From: Podarcis liolepis
Lineage: Eukaryota
DNA: 64,000 bases
Assembly (NCBI GenBank): GCA_965112155.1
Contig: OZ218108.1
Reading direction: 5' to 3' (one strand)
Part shown: positions 23,862 to 35,306 of the stretch, piece after piece
Numbering within the stretch: the stretch's first letter is position 1
Layout: the number at the start of each line of letters is the position of its first letter
Position numbers and translations under genes: made by a program
Notes under the pieces: generated by a model
What the model saw: the letters and a program-made list of their open reading frames with translations, nothing else
Databases searched by the model: none
What the model was told of the DNA's origin: nothing

Positions 23862-24494
23862 TTATCGTGTATAATGAGATAAGAATCCAATGTCTCTATT
23901 CAGACCAGGTCTCTCCATGGTTTTAAGTTTGGTAATAAGTTGCAATTCAGCAACTTCTCTTTCCAGTCTATTTCTGAAATTCTTTTGTAATATGACAGCT
24001 ACTTTGAGATCTTGCATAGAATGTCCTGGGAGATTGAAGTGTTCTCCTACTGGTTTCTCTGTCTTGTGATTCCTGATGTCAGATTTATGTCCATTTATCC
24101 TTTGGCATAGGGTTTGGCCTGTTTGTCCAATACAGAGAGTTGAAGGGCACTGTTGGCATTTGATAGCATGCACAATGTTAGAAGATGAGCAATTAAATAG
24201 TCCTGAGATGGTATGTTTGATGTCGTTGAGGCCAGTAATGGTGTTGTCCGGGAATATGTGGCAGCAAAGTTGGCATCTGGGTTTATTGCAGGCTCTGGTA
24301 CCGGTGTCCATGTTAAGTCTGGTTGTTGTATTATTGTGGGTGAGGAGTTGTTTAAGATTGGGTGACTGTCTGTAGGCAATGAAAGGTCTTTCTCCCAGAG
24401 CTTGAGAAAGAGAACTGTCATTGAGAGGTTGTAGATCTCTGACAATGCATTGAACTGTTTTAATTTGGGAGCTGTATGTGATTACTAGTGGTGT
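23862..24494 (-). pseudogene. Penelope ORF C-terminus: linker with Cys cluster plus GIY-YIG endonuclease (degenerate)
   Basis: TPLVITY..RPFIAYRQSPNLKQLL..CNKPRCQLC..FNCSSSNIVHAIKCQQC..LCIGQTGQTL.QRINGH..KPVGEHFNLPGHS..REVAELQLI.KLKT..PGLNRD. Both motif tyrosines are replaced (VHAI, LCIG). RT domain absent. Confidence 0.9.
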
Positions 24495-24547
24495 ACCCCT
24501 CCCCACCCTCTCACTATATATAAGGGTCTGTTGACTTCTGTTTCAGT

Positions 24548-24585
24548 GTATCTGAAGAAGTGTGCATGCACACGAAAGCTCATAC
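24548..24585 (+). ncRNA. Minimal type I hammerhead ribozyme (intact) in the inverted pLTR
   Basis: Identical 38-nt motif to 15085-15122: GTAT CTGAAGA A GTGTGCATGCACAC GAAA GCTC ATAC. Confidence 0.85.
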
Positions 24586-26185
24586 CAATAAAAAACTTAG
24601 TTGGTCTCTAAGGCGCTACTGGAAGGAATTTTTTTATTTTGTTTTGACTACGGCAGACCAACACGGCTACCTACCTGTAACAATGGTCACTCAGTGAGAT
24701 TTATGATCAATGAGGATTTGAACCTGGCTCTCTCTACTCTTAGTCTAACACTCTAACCGTTATGCAATAACTGCCTCTATTTGTGTTCAATAAAATGTGG
24801 TAATAGAAGTGCAGTTAAGGCTTTTGCATGATAATGCTTTTTTTTTTTAACGAGATATGTAGTGCATTCCCTAAAACGCACACTGGCTGTGCTAATTAGC
24901 ACATTGTAATTTAAATAGCTTAAATGTACAATTATTTCTATTATTCACATTTGCTCTTTCAGGACCACTTCATGAAGCAAACTGTGTCATCTTTAACGGC
25001 CATGAAACTGGATTTTTCTCAGCTGGTGTCTTCATTCCTTTAATTGAACTATTTAGCATTCATACATAGAAATGATTCGTTTGACACAAGCCACATAATT
25101 TATATTTCAATAGTCAGCTTTGCTATCAAATAACTGGCGTTGTTTGGAAACAGGGCTTCCATTTCTTGTCACTTTTGTACCTTCCCACCACTGGAACATA
25201 ACTTAAAAATCAGAGTCACACATCTATTGGGATACTCCACTTCACAAGTAACACCCACCCACCCACCCACACAAGCAAACATATCTCACAGCTTTTGGAG
25301 AACTATTATTGATTTTATTATATGCTGAGTTTGGAGATGGCTTGTGCAGTAGATTATTCTGCCTGGATTATTTTTTCCTTCAGTAGATGTATTTTGAATT
25401 GAAATAAACATTATCTCTGAAAATTAACCATATATCTTGTGTATGAATGCAATGGGACTCTTATAAGTGCATATTCAAAATTGCTCCAGAAACATGTCAC
25501 TGGTTAAATTAGCTATATAATTTGACATGGAATTTTATTTTGAATTAAAGTTGAAAATACAGGCAACAAATACTCAAAATACATGTGTTTACTACTCAAC
25601 TATGCCATGGTTCAGAAGTAATGCTAAATTAGGGATAGCCAACATGGGGTTCTGAAGATGTATTGGGCTACAACTCCCATCATCCCCGACCAATGAATAT
25701 GCTGACTGAAGCTGTGAGAGCTGGAATCAAAAAGGTCTGGAGGGTACCACATTGACCATCCCTGTGCTAAACCATAGTTTCGTGTTACCTACAAGAGCAT
25801 GGCCATGAGGAGGAGACGGGACACTTTTGCTTCTGTTTTCAGTTGACTGGTTTCTTACTGTTTAAATTGGGAACTATGGTCGGTGCCAACTATAGTTTAT
25901 TGAAAGAAGCCGCAATTATCATTCATGGTTCAATGTTGGCTTATTTCAATCAATAGCTATTAATTATCTCAGGTTGTCCAGATTTGGATGGAACAAGAAA
26001 CTGTGGTTAGTTGAAAATAGAATCAAAGCTTCCCATCTCCTCCCTCTTGCAGCTGCAGTAGAGAAGGGGAGAGGAGTGTGCGTCAGTCCAAGGCTAGTGT
26101 GTGCAATGCTAAACTCTGGTTGGGTTTTATGTTGAATCTAAGACACAGATGCACCCATCACAGACTCTACTAATTGTCCTCACAG

Positions 26186-26527
26186 CATAGGAGCCAATTT
26201 AGAGGGGCTGTGGGGGCCCCTAGAAATAAAATATTTGAGCAGGACGGGCCCCCGCAAAGTTGATGGGCATTCTCATTCAAACGGTGTATGTGCACTGTGT
26301 CATGTGATCAGTGCTTTTCTTCTGGGGGTACACAGGGGTACACATACCCCTAAACATTTTGTGAAACTAGGTTTGGCCTCATTGAGGGGCAGTATTTCAA
26401 TATGAGTAGGAAAATGAGAGTACCCCTAAACATTTTTTAATCAGAAAAAAAGCACTGCATGTGATGAATTATGTGGGGCGGGGCTTACCTGGGTCCCCAC
26501 AATATTTTATTCAAGTTGGCACCCCTG
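26186..26527. mobile_element. hAT MITE (outer element of a nested pair)
   Basis: TIRs CATAGGAGCCAA / TTGGCACCCCTG. TSD CCTCAC(A/G)G at 26178-26185 and 26528-26535. Confidence 0.8.
26309..26457. mobile_element. hAT MITE (inner element)
   Basis: TIRs CAGTGCTTTT / AAAAGCACTG. Perfect TSD CATGTGAT at 26301-26308 and 26458-26465. Confidence 0.88.
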
Positions 26528-26953
26528 CCTCACGGTTGTCCAGTTAACATCCCCAGCTCTCTCATGCAAGAAGAATTGGGGTAGGTATTTCTAGAATGGG
26601 CCAGCCTTTGAGCCTGAACTATTTGCTCGCTTGTCTTTGAATGTTTTTCTATACCACTGAGTCCCAGCTATAAGTAGCCTGGAAGTTTGGAATGCAGCTT
26701 AATCCAACCTAAAACGCCCTTGAAACCCGTCCTGGGTTGTCTGTTGAAGCTTGACATTCAAAGTCCACGCACACGGATACGTTTATTGAACACCGTTATA
26801 TACAACTCCAAGGAAGGCTTTCTTCTAGTGGGATGGGAGAGAGAGAATTGAGGCTGGGCTGTACTTACAGTGCACCATTACTTACTGCACCTCAATATAA
26901 CACAGACCCAGCCGTGAGTCTGCTCCAGGCTGCGTTGACAGCACAAGCTTTCG

Positions 26954-27052
26954 GCACGAGACCCTTAACCTCAGGGTCGTGGGTTCGAATCCCACTTGGG
27001 GCGAAATATTCTTGCATTACAGGGGTCGGATTTCAGATGCGTCCTCTCCAAC
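26954..27052 (+). mobile_element. tRNA-Lys(CTT)-derived SINE remnant with CR1-like 3' part
   Basis: GCACGAGACCCTTAACCTCAGGGTCGTGGGTTCGAATCCCACTTGGGGCG matches the 3' two-thirds of tRNA-Lys(CTT). It is followed by attcttgcattacaggggtcggat, similar to the CR1 tail at ~3560-3590. Confidence 0.7.
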
Positions 27053-27324
27053 CATCAGTTGTCGTTCACATCTTTCGGGTCTCTACGAACAAAACCGGGC
27101 AGCGGGCTGCAAGTAAGGATCATTCCTCCCGAGTGCAAGGCAGCAATCCTGCGCACGCTCCCTAAGCCCCGTTGCATTGATTTAGAACTTATTTCCGAGC
27201 AAAACTGCGCCCCGGGACTGAATTGCAACCCCTTAGATGGAAGAGATGCCGCTTGCGTTCTAGACATCCTTTTTTCTCTCCGCTTTGCCGAGCAGCTCCG
27301 AGCCGGGAGCTGTTTTAAAGTTCG

Positions 27325-27420
27325 GGCAGGCGCCGTCTCCGCCTCCTCTGGCCCCCTATTGGCCGGGCTCGGCTCATCATTTCACCGCCAGGAGGAGGGC
27401 GGCGCTAAGTGACGCCCCGG
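27325..27420 (+). promoter_or_regulatory. TATA-less ST8SIA4 core promoter: inverted CCAAT, GC box, CRE-like half site
   Basis: ATTGG 27358-27362, GGGCGG 27397-27402 and TGACGC 27410-27415, ~310-370 bp upstream of the ATG. No ATG lies between 27420 and 27727. Matches the Sp1/NF-Y type promoter known for mammalian PST. TSS not determinable. Confidence 0.65.
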
Positions 27421-27727
27421 AGACTGGCGGCTGCCGCCTCTGCTGTTACCTAAACTGGAAGGCAGCGTGAGAGGAGCGCGGAGAGGCTGGAGCGAGGAGC
27501 TCGCGGGAGCGCGTGGGCAAGAGGACTTTGCCCAGGGGAAACAGCCGCCGCCGTCGCCTTTGATCCCTCCAGCATCCCGCCGGCTTTTGATTTTTTGCTG
27601 CTGGTCCTTAATTTGATCCCTTGCTCTTTTTCTCCTCTCCTTTTTCAAAACCCATCCTGCCAAACAAAGGAAACAGAAGGAACATACACACAAACGCGCG
27701 CACGCCTATTTGCCGGAGGAAGGAGAC

Positions 27728-27840
27728 ATGCGTTCGATTCGGAAGAGGTGGACTATCTGCACGATAAGTATCCTCCTGATTTTTTACAAGACAAAAGAGA
27801 TTGCGAGAACGGAGGAGCACCAGGAGACACAAGCCAACGG
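27728..27840 (+). CDS. ST8SIA4: ST8SIA4 (alpha-2,8-polysialyltransferase, PST) coding exon 1: cytoplasmic tail, signal-anchor and start of stem
   Basis: ATG at 27728 translates [38 protein letters not shown], the recognisable ST8Sia IV N-terminus. Donor GG|GTAAAT at 27840/27841. 113 nt, phase 2. Confidence 0.97.
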
Positions 27841-29910
27841 GTAAATGCAAAGGGTCTGGATGTCTGTCTGTCTGTGCACACCTTTTATTTTATTTTTCTT
27901 GACCAAGGGGGAAAGAGCCAGTAAGATGCAAGCGCCGCGTTCGGCTTGCCCCCCTGGACCTCGCCGCTTCCCATTCATCAGACCTGCCTCCTTTTGATGA
28001 TGTTCGCGTGCTTTGATCTGTAGCCTGAGAACACTCCCCATCCCCGCCTAATTAAGCGTTCCGATGGGATCCAGGAGGAGATGCCTTGCAAAGGCAGAAA
28101 TAAATCGCGGGGGTAAAAAAAAACCCAGGTCTCAAATGATTAATGCCGGTTGGGTTAATTTGCAATTGATGAGCAGAACAAAGCGAAGGGATGGGGTGCG
28201 GTTTTTTGCTTTTTAGAAAATAAATAAATTTCTAGCTTTTGGTACGAAAGTAGCGGGAGGTTTGCAATGCAGAAAGCGGTGTCACGCCGGCTCTGTTATG
28301 TTTCTGTGTTGATAAAGGGGGAGTGGCATTTCTCCGAAGTTTGGCTGGCACCGATCTTTTCCCCGGAACTCCTAGCCGGATCCTTGCCTGCTGTGCACTG
28401 GGAGTTACTCCCAAGTAAGTGCGCACAGGATGGTGGGCTTTGCCATCTCTCTCTGCTGTCCCAGAGCAGCGTTCCTCATAAGTCCCCTTTGTACCCCGCC
28501 CACAGTAGGGGAGTCAGCCTTCCAAGAGCTGTTGCGCAGCACGATCCTAAGCGTGCTAACTTCGAAGTAGTTACCCTTCGCTAGTTACCCTCAGAATGAA
28601 GTGAATGGGTCCACTAGGAGGATAATAAGGCCGGAAAGGCGATTTATCTCCAGGTCCCACTGACGGGACTTAGCGAGCGTGTTTGAGATTTCGGCCTCTC
28701 TTGCTCCCCTTGAAGTTTTATTCTTAGCTAGTTCAATGGCACGTAGGATAAGTTCCCTGGGACTCTAAATACTATTCCCTCTCCGTGTTTGTCAGCGACT
28801 TGCTATAGAAACACGCGCCTCATCTCTGACAAAGATCCCCGTCTGTTTCTTTCTTGTCGCTCTTTTTTATTGCCCCAAAACAAAACAAAAAACCCAAAGT
28901 CTCGTGCGGGTTCCCACTTAGGGCTTTGTTGTCCTTTCTCGTCTGTCAAGCGTGGTGAGTTGTTTTGTTGGTTTTTTTGTTTCGTTTTTAAAAGCTTTAA
29001 AACCTCCTGTGGAAAGTTGCTTTGGAATCATAGAATCATAGAGTTGTCTGAGTCTTGGAACAAAACCCCCAGTTTTTAAATTTATTATTTGATTTTCGCA
29101 GGCTTGCCGAACTAGCTACACCAAGGAGAGAGAGGGAGTGGTGGGGATGGTGGATTCTGGAGGTTGTTCTATTTATGTCGGCGGCGGCAGCAACAAACCA
29201 GAGAGCTTTGATAGCTCCGCGGAGGGTATTTGTTGCTGCATTATTTCATTGACGCCTGCAAGCATTTCCAAGCGTGGCAATAATAGCTAATGCTCAAGCC
29301 GGCTGGTTTGGCGTGGGGCGAGCTGGGAGGTGTGTGCCTTGTGTGCTTGCCTTGCACAGATGCTGTGGAGAGGGTATATGAGGCGCCTAGGAAATCCAGC
29401 ATGGATCATTGCGCAGGAAAAGAAAAGCAAGCCTTTATGAGTAACTGCAACCCTCTGCCCATCCAATGTGCGATTTTTTTAATCCTTCCTGCGCGTTGTC
29501 CATGCAGCCGGTCACTCTGCCTGTCTCTCCCTCCCTCTCCCTCGCCTTTCCATGCGTGGCTAGGCGAAGTGGTAGCGCCTCGTTCCGAGAAGGGAGGAAT
29601 TGGAGGCTGCCTGAGGCAAGCGTGCGCAAGAGGGCATCGCCTTCTCTGTATGGGCAGCCTCATCCCCGCAGCATCTTGCCTCGAGTCTAATGGTACATGT
29701 TTCCAAGAAGGCTGCAACACCCCTCACTTACCCGGGAGTAAGTAAGCCCCGTGAGATTCAGTTGGATTTGCGCCTGTATAGGCGCCTTGAAGTTTATGCG
29801 CAGTGCGTTTAGGATCGCGCGCGGCGCTGCCCCTCCCACGCGGCATCATTGCGCACCTGAGCCCAGTTCCAAAATTTGCCGGCGAGCTACGGATCGTGTA
29901 GTCTGTGCTG

Positions 29911-29913
<3 letters not shown>

Positions 29914-29950
<37 letters not shown>
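29914..29950. repeat. (CT)n microsatellite
   Basis: Direct inspection. Confidence 0.9.
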
Positions 29951-29952
<2 letters not shown>

Positions 29953-29974
29953 CTTCACGGCTTTCTAGGCTTTC

Positions 29975-30030
29975 TTGGCAGGGGGTTGGACTCGATGGCC
30001 CTTGTGGTCTCTTCCAATTCTATGATTCTA
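29975..30030 (+). mobile_element. CR1-type 3' tail fragment
   Basis: ttggcagggggttggactcgatggcccttgtggtctcttccaATTCTATGATTCTA, the CR1 terminal octamer repeat. Confidence 0.7.
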
Positions 30031-33000
30031 GGCAGCCGTGCCAAAAAGGGGAGGCGCGTACGTTTGACTGCCCACCGCTGGGGTTCCTCCGCTGCCTCCA
30101 TCTCTCCTGCCTGCCGCTTGCATCCCGGGGCTACGCCAGGCCAGATGCGCACAACTGGTTCCCAGCGGAGAGCACGCAAGCAGCAGAAGCCAGCCCTCGG
30201 CAGTGCTTTTCCGCGAGCAAAAAGAAGAAAAATAGGCGGGGGAGGGGGCCTTTGCACTTCCTCTGCCTAAAAATCCGCGCGGCGGTTTTGCGAGGTTTGC
30301 ACAAACAGGAAAAGGCTCTCCGCTTGGCTTTAGATCGGCGCTGGCTTCCCGTGTATGAAAGACAAAAGACGAGACTCTTTGTTCCACTGTCAGCTAGATA
30401 GGAAACCTCCTGCTCCTCGTCTCCCGCGAAGAGTTTGCGCAACCTATAGAGCACGAGGCCTCTTCCTCTATTAGTCCACTCATTACAACTCTGGAAGGGG
30501 TAACACATTGTGCAGAGAACCCTTCTTTCATTTTTCACCCATCCTTCCTGTTTTGAGTTCGTTTGCAAAATCAAAAACTCCCAGATAAGACTTCTGGAGG
30601 CTATTTACTCATTCCAACCCAGAAATGAGGAACTTGTGGTTCAATTACTTGAATTAGTTCCCATTATTTGTGGCCATTGATAATGCTGGCTGGGACTGAT
30701 GAGTATCACATGAGTATCACAAGTTCTCATCCCTGTTGCCTTTCCTGTCCAAACTTTGCTTGCTTCCAGGTGATCTGTTTATTTGGCATTCAACCTGGTG
30801 TTTCTGTCCAGCATTTGCAGGCGGTTTAGATGACCTATGTGATCTATTGATTCATTCCAATTTTGTTTGCAGGGAGGTTATATGACTGTGCAAAAAACCA
30901 AAAAACCCACACTGCAGTACATTCCCCCCCCCTTGTTGTTTCTGACTTTGCGGAGTGCCAAATTGGCTTTAGTTGTAACACCTGAATTTTCCACTGTATG
31001 ATTGAATCCCACCTGATAATAGCGACAGTTTGAAAGTGCCCTTGATGCATTAAAAGCATAGGTTGAGTGCATATCAGGGGGTTTTTTTTGGGGGGGGGGA
31101 GGTCCGCCAAAGCTTTTAAAACGACCTTCTGTGCGCAAGATCTCTCTAAAACACCCTTTTACTATTAGACTCGTAAAGGCCATGTGCTTTCCCCATCCTT
31201 TGACTGCAAGGTTTCAGGAGAAGGGAACATACGGGCAGAGATGTAGAATCAAAAGTTGGTTGCTCTTTGCTGGCTTCTTGCGATGCTACTTAACTTTACA
31301 AGACGTAATTGGCAGGGCAAGGACTTGCATAAGGTGATGGGACCTTTCAGTGGAGCTGCAGCTAATCTTGTTTCCATCTGTGACAAAAAAAAACCCACAA
31401 CCACATTGTGAAACACATGTGCCCTAAATCACAGCAAAACCGGAGTCTGTATTCCCTGTCTCCTTGTTGCTTGTAAATGGAGCAATCAATACTCTTGTTT
31501 TTTTGGAAAGCCTTTTGCTCCCCTGCTAGCTTTCTCCTGGATCATATATGCTGATGTCACTTTTCTGTGGGCAGAGGAAAACAACAATCCACCTGCCTCT
31601 TGTTTACTAACCAGAATAGTGGATCTTGTTACTAGCTCTCCAGTCTGAAGCCCTTGGCTTGAAAGTTCCATGAACACCAGGAAACTTCCTTCCAAGTCCT
31701 TTAAATATTTGTTTAAATGATTGGCTTATTAGAGAGCTGCAGCTAAATAATATTGCAAATAGGAGCATCGGCATATATTCATCCTTCGTTTACATTTTCT
31801 CATTTTATATCTGCTGCAGTAATTCTTTAAATGCTTATTTAGTATCTGCTTGAAAGATTTTATGGAATTCATGGAAAATAAGCCTATTTTTATAACATGA
31901 AATAAAAACGCATGGAAGTAAAATAAATGTATTTCGTCTGTAGACAGCTTTAGCATCTTCTGAATGAAATAACCACTATTTCCTCTTGCATAGTTTTAGT
32001 CATAGCTTGCCTCCAAACTTCTGTTTGCCTTTGATATATTTTGTAGTGCAACTTGGTGTAAGAAACTAAGACTTCCCTTTTTACTAAGATACCTAATCTC
32101 AGTAAAGGCTGTCTGCTAGATATAAAACCTACATTGTGTTTTTTTTGGCATGTGGTGCAGATGTTGAACCTGGTACTGTTTTTGGCATGATGACACCTGC
32201 CTATCTCAGGAGACAATGGAGGATGTGACTTTGGAGGTCAAGTCAAATTGTTGGACCTGCTATTTGAGAAGTAATGTTACATGGTATCCCTCACTCTAGA
32301 CTTCTGGTTAAGTAATGTGCAAGAGCCTTTTGAAACAAACATCCACAGCAATTAGTTTTAACGGTGTGCTTCTATGATTTGTCTTTTAAAAGTTAATATC
32401 CTTTATGTTGTAGAATGTACATATGATGTTGTAGAAGCAATGGTCAGGGCATTGGTCCTAATCCTGCAGCCATAGCTTGTCAGCTTGCATTCCAGGGTTG
32501 TGCTCTGTTCATTTATTTGTTGACCTCAGTGACACCTATTTCTGAGTAAACTCGCTTAGAATCAGGCTGTAAAAGTCAAGTTCAGGGATGAGTGGACCAT
32601 AGGGTAGCTCGATGCAGACGAAGCAAGGACTCCTGCCCCTTTAATAGTTGTATAGGAGAGGGAATTTCAAGCAAGTGTAGATTGCGTGAGAATCTACACG
32701 GGTTAAAATCCCTTCTTCTATGCAGCTGTTATATACAGTATAGCCCTATGGACCATCGAAGTAGCACTTGAGTTACTTTTTGGACAACTTCCTTACAAAT
32801 CTGGAAAGACATTCTTGTTCTGTGTATGCTCTGCCTACTTGCCACAAAGAGCAAAGCATGCTTTCTTGTGTTAAGAGTGTTGTGTTATGCTGACTGCTGA
32901 TAATATGGATGATGCGTCTAGATGAATTGTCTTACTAGATTTGCCTTGGGTTTAAAGCTAAGCCTGGCTTGCCCTTTTGTAGGATAAGAGAAGCTTGCTT

Positions 33001-33034
33001 TTAAACTAGGGTAAGGCTTTGCTATGGTGAATAA

Positions 33035-33306
33035 AAGAAGAAGAAGAAGAAGAAGAGAAGAAGAGAAGAAGAGTTTGGATTTGATATCTCGCTTTATCAC
33101 TACCCGAAGGAGTCTCAAAGCGGCTAACAATCTCCTTTCCCTTCCTCCCCCACAACAAACACTCTGTGAGGTGAGTGGGGCTGAGAGACTTCACAGAAGT
33201 GTGACTAGCCCAAAGTCACCCAGCAGCTGCATGTGGAGGAGCGGAGACGCGAACCCAGTTCCCCAGATTACGAGTCTACTGCTCTTAACCACTACACCAC
33301 ACTGGC
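33035..33306 (-). mobile_element. tRNA-headed squamate SINE (~250 bp, Squam2/Squam3-type; exact family uncertain)
   Basis: The - strand reads GCCAGTGTGGTGTAGTGGTTAAG (A box)...GGTTCGCGTCTCC...(TTC)n tail. Confidence 0.85.
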
Positions 33307-34587
33307 TCTCTAAGCAATACATAAAGAGAGATTCTGCTTAAAAACATTGGTGGGGTTATAAAAATTATGCTCAGTAGCTCAAGTAAGAGAGGCATGATCC
33401 AGCTAACATTAAGCACACTGAAGTCCCAGTGGGATTTAAAAGCAATCAGATATTGCTGAGATCCCAAGGACAGTGTCACAGTTTTGCTGGTTGAAAGAAT
33501 GTCTTTTAAATGACAAAGTGAAAGTAAACATGAACCAAATGGATCAAGAGCATCTCCTTGAGTGGGGATTTGGAGAAATGTCTTAATGATAAACAGTTGG
33601 GACCTGGAGTGCCCACAACAGATTTAAGGTTGCTTTAATGTACTTTAAATCTGTTGGTGGGCACTCCAAGTAAATTGTGAGCTCCTGGGTCTGCTGTATT
33701 TCAAGCATTAGCACTTTTAGGGACAAAAACGTTGCGAAAAGCCAACCTCTCTCTCTCTCTCTTTTTCTTTCTCTCTCTCTCTCTCTCAGTGTATATTGCA
33801 ATGCGGCAGAGGATAAAGAGGGAAAATCAGTGATGGTTGTTTTGCGAGGGCTTTTTGGAATATATTGTGCATTGAATTAGAAGACAGAAAAACATCTTGT
33901 AATGAATCTCGATGTTGCTCTTTCCCTCTGGATTCATATAAGTAGTGTTCAGTGAAGATCATATAATTATTCTTCACGGCATGACACTTTAAAGACCATG
34001 GTTTTTAATTTGAAAACCTTCCCCATCCCACAAAAATAATTGTGTCTGAAGCGAGGAGTAAAGCGCGTTTGGTTTTTCAGTAGGTGGCACTCTTAGCTGT
34101 AAATCAATACTGCATATCGGATGAGGTGCAAATCCAGTATATATTAATGTATGATCATTGATCCTATAATTTCTTCACATAGTCAGGTTCCTGGATGCTT
34201 TGGAGCAAACTAAAGCCTCTATGCATACCAATGCATTGGGAAAGATTTCTACCTGTAGCGCACAGAATTCCACTGACTTTTAAAGTGACTTGCGATCTGC
34301 TGATGAGAGGCTGCTTGCGGATGTTCAGACCCGGGTTTGGTGTTCTCCTTCACTTGCCAGCACAGGAGCTGCTGGGCTAGTGGAAAGGCAATACAAGTGG
34401 TTGAGCAGTATGAACTCCTGTGCCACAGCTGAACTAGCAGAAGCTGGTTGTGCAACAGGAAGTATTAGGGCTAAAGCAATCTGTTGAGCAACCAGCCACA
34501 TGAACTGTGATGGCTTCTTGCACTTTCTTTTGCAGAAGTCATTCCACAAGCACAGCTGGTATACTGCTAAAGGACATTAACTCGAAT

Positions 34588-34836
34588 CCCAGTGTGGTGT
34601 AGTGGTTAAGAACAGTGGACTTGTAATCTGGTGAACCAGGTTCACATCTCCGCTCCTCCACATGCAGCTGCTGGGTGACCTTGGGCTAGACACACTTCTC
34701 TGAAGTCTCTCAGCCTCACTCACCTCACAGAGTGTTTGTTGTGGGGGAAGAAGGGAAAGGAGATTGTTAGCCACTTTGAGACTCCTTAGGGTAGTGATAA
34801 AATGGGATATCAAATCCAAACTCCTCCTCTTCTTCT
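34588..34836 (+). mobile_element. Same SINE family, + orientation
   Basis: CCAGTGTGGTGTAGTGGTTAAG...GATATCAAATCCAAACTCCTCCTCTTCTT. About 90% identical by eye to the 33035-33306 copy. Confidence 0.85.
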
Positions 34837-34845
34837 TTCCTCCCT

Positions 34846-34849
<4 letters not shown>

Positions 34850-34888
<39 letters not shown>
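34850..34888. repeat. (CA)n microsatellite
   Basis: Direct inspection. Confidence 0.9.
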
Positions 34889-34890
<2 letters not shown>

Positions 34891-35245
34891 GAATGTTTGG
34901 AGAAGGCACCACAGTTCATGTTCCAGGTTGAATAACCAGTGTCTCTAGTTAAAAGGATCAGGTTGTAGGTAGCAGGGAAGACTCTCTTGGGAGCTGCTGG
35001 CAGTCACAGTGAACAATACTAGACTAGATGGACCATGTAGTTAGACCTGGCATATGCCTCCCTAGAAGTGGCTGGACTTTCTCAATTGGCAAAGAAATAT
35101 TCTGCGTATATATTTGATAAGAAAGAGGAGGTCTTTTTGGTAGGAAGAGCTTTCCATAGGTAGGAAGAGCTAGTCTTACCTGTTCTTGCTCATTCTACTA
35201 GTTTTAAACATTCTGAATTTAAGAACTGCTCAGGTTAGAATGCAG

Positions 35246-35250
<5 letters not shown>

Positions 35251-35304
<54 letters not shown>
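35251..35304. repeat. (GA)n microsatellite
   Basis: ~27 GA units. Confidence 0.95.

Positions 35305-35306
<2 letters not shown>

Larger units (their letters stand above)
23616..24681 (-). mobile_element. Penelope-like (Poseidon-type) retroelement, 5'-truncated, with inverted pseudo-LTR
   Basis: GIY-YIG-domain ORF on the - strand flanked by inverted pLTRs 23616-23774 and 24494-24681. 13-bp TSD CAA(A/T)GGT(T/C)ACTCA at 23606-23618 and 24681-24693. Inserted in an old tRNA-SINE. Confidence 0.93.
26900..30450. promoter_or_regulatory. CpG island over the ST8SIA4 promoter, exon 1 and 5' part of intron 1
   Basis: Sharp rise in CpG dinucleotides (e.g. cgcgcgcacgcc, gcggcggcag, atcgcgcgcggcg) compared with the CpG-depleted flanks. 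Boundaries approximate. Confidence 0.8.

Noticed and set aside
23862-24506. Domesticated or active GIY-YIG endonuclease gene
   Set aside because: The start comes from the inverted pLTR junction, both motif tyrosines are mutated and RT is absent. It is a truncated dead copy.
26954-27002. Functional tRNA-Lys gene
   Set aside because: The 5' acceptor strand and D arm/A box are missing, and it continues into a CR1-like tail, so it is a SINE remnant.
29290-30574. ORFs of 100-216 aa in intron 1
   Set aside because: CpG-island composition. They run through a (CT)n microsatellite and a CR1 tail, many start at non-ATG codons, and no homology is recognised.
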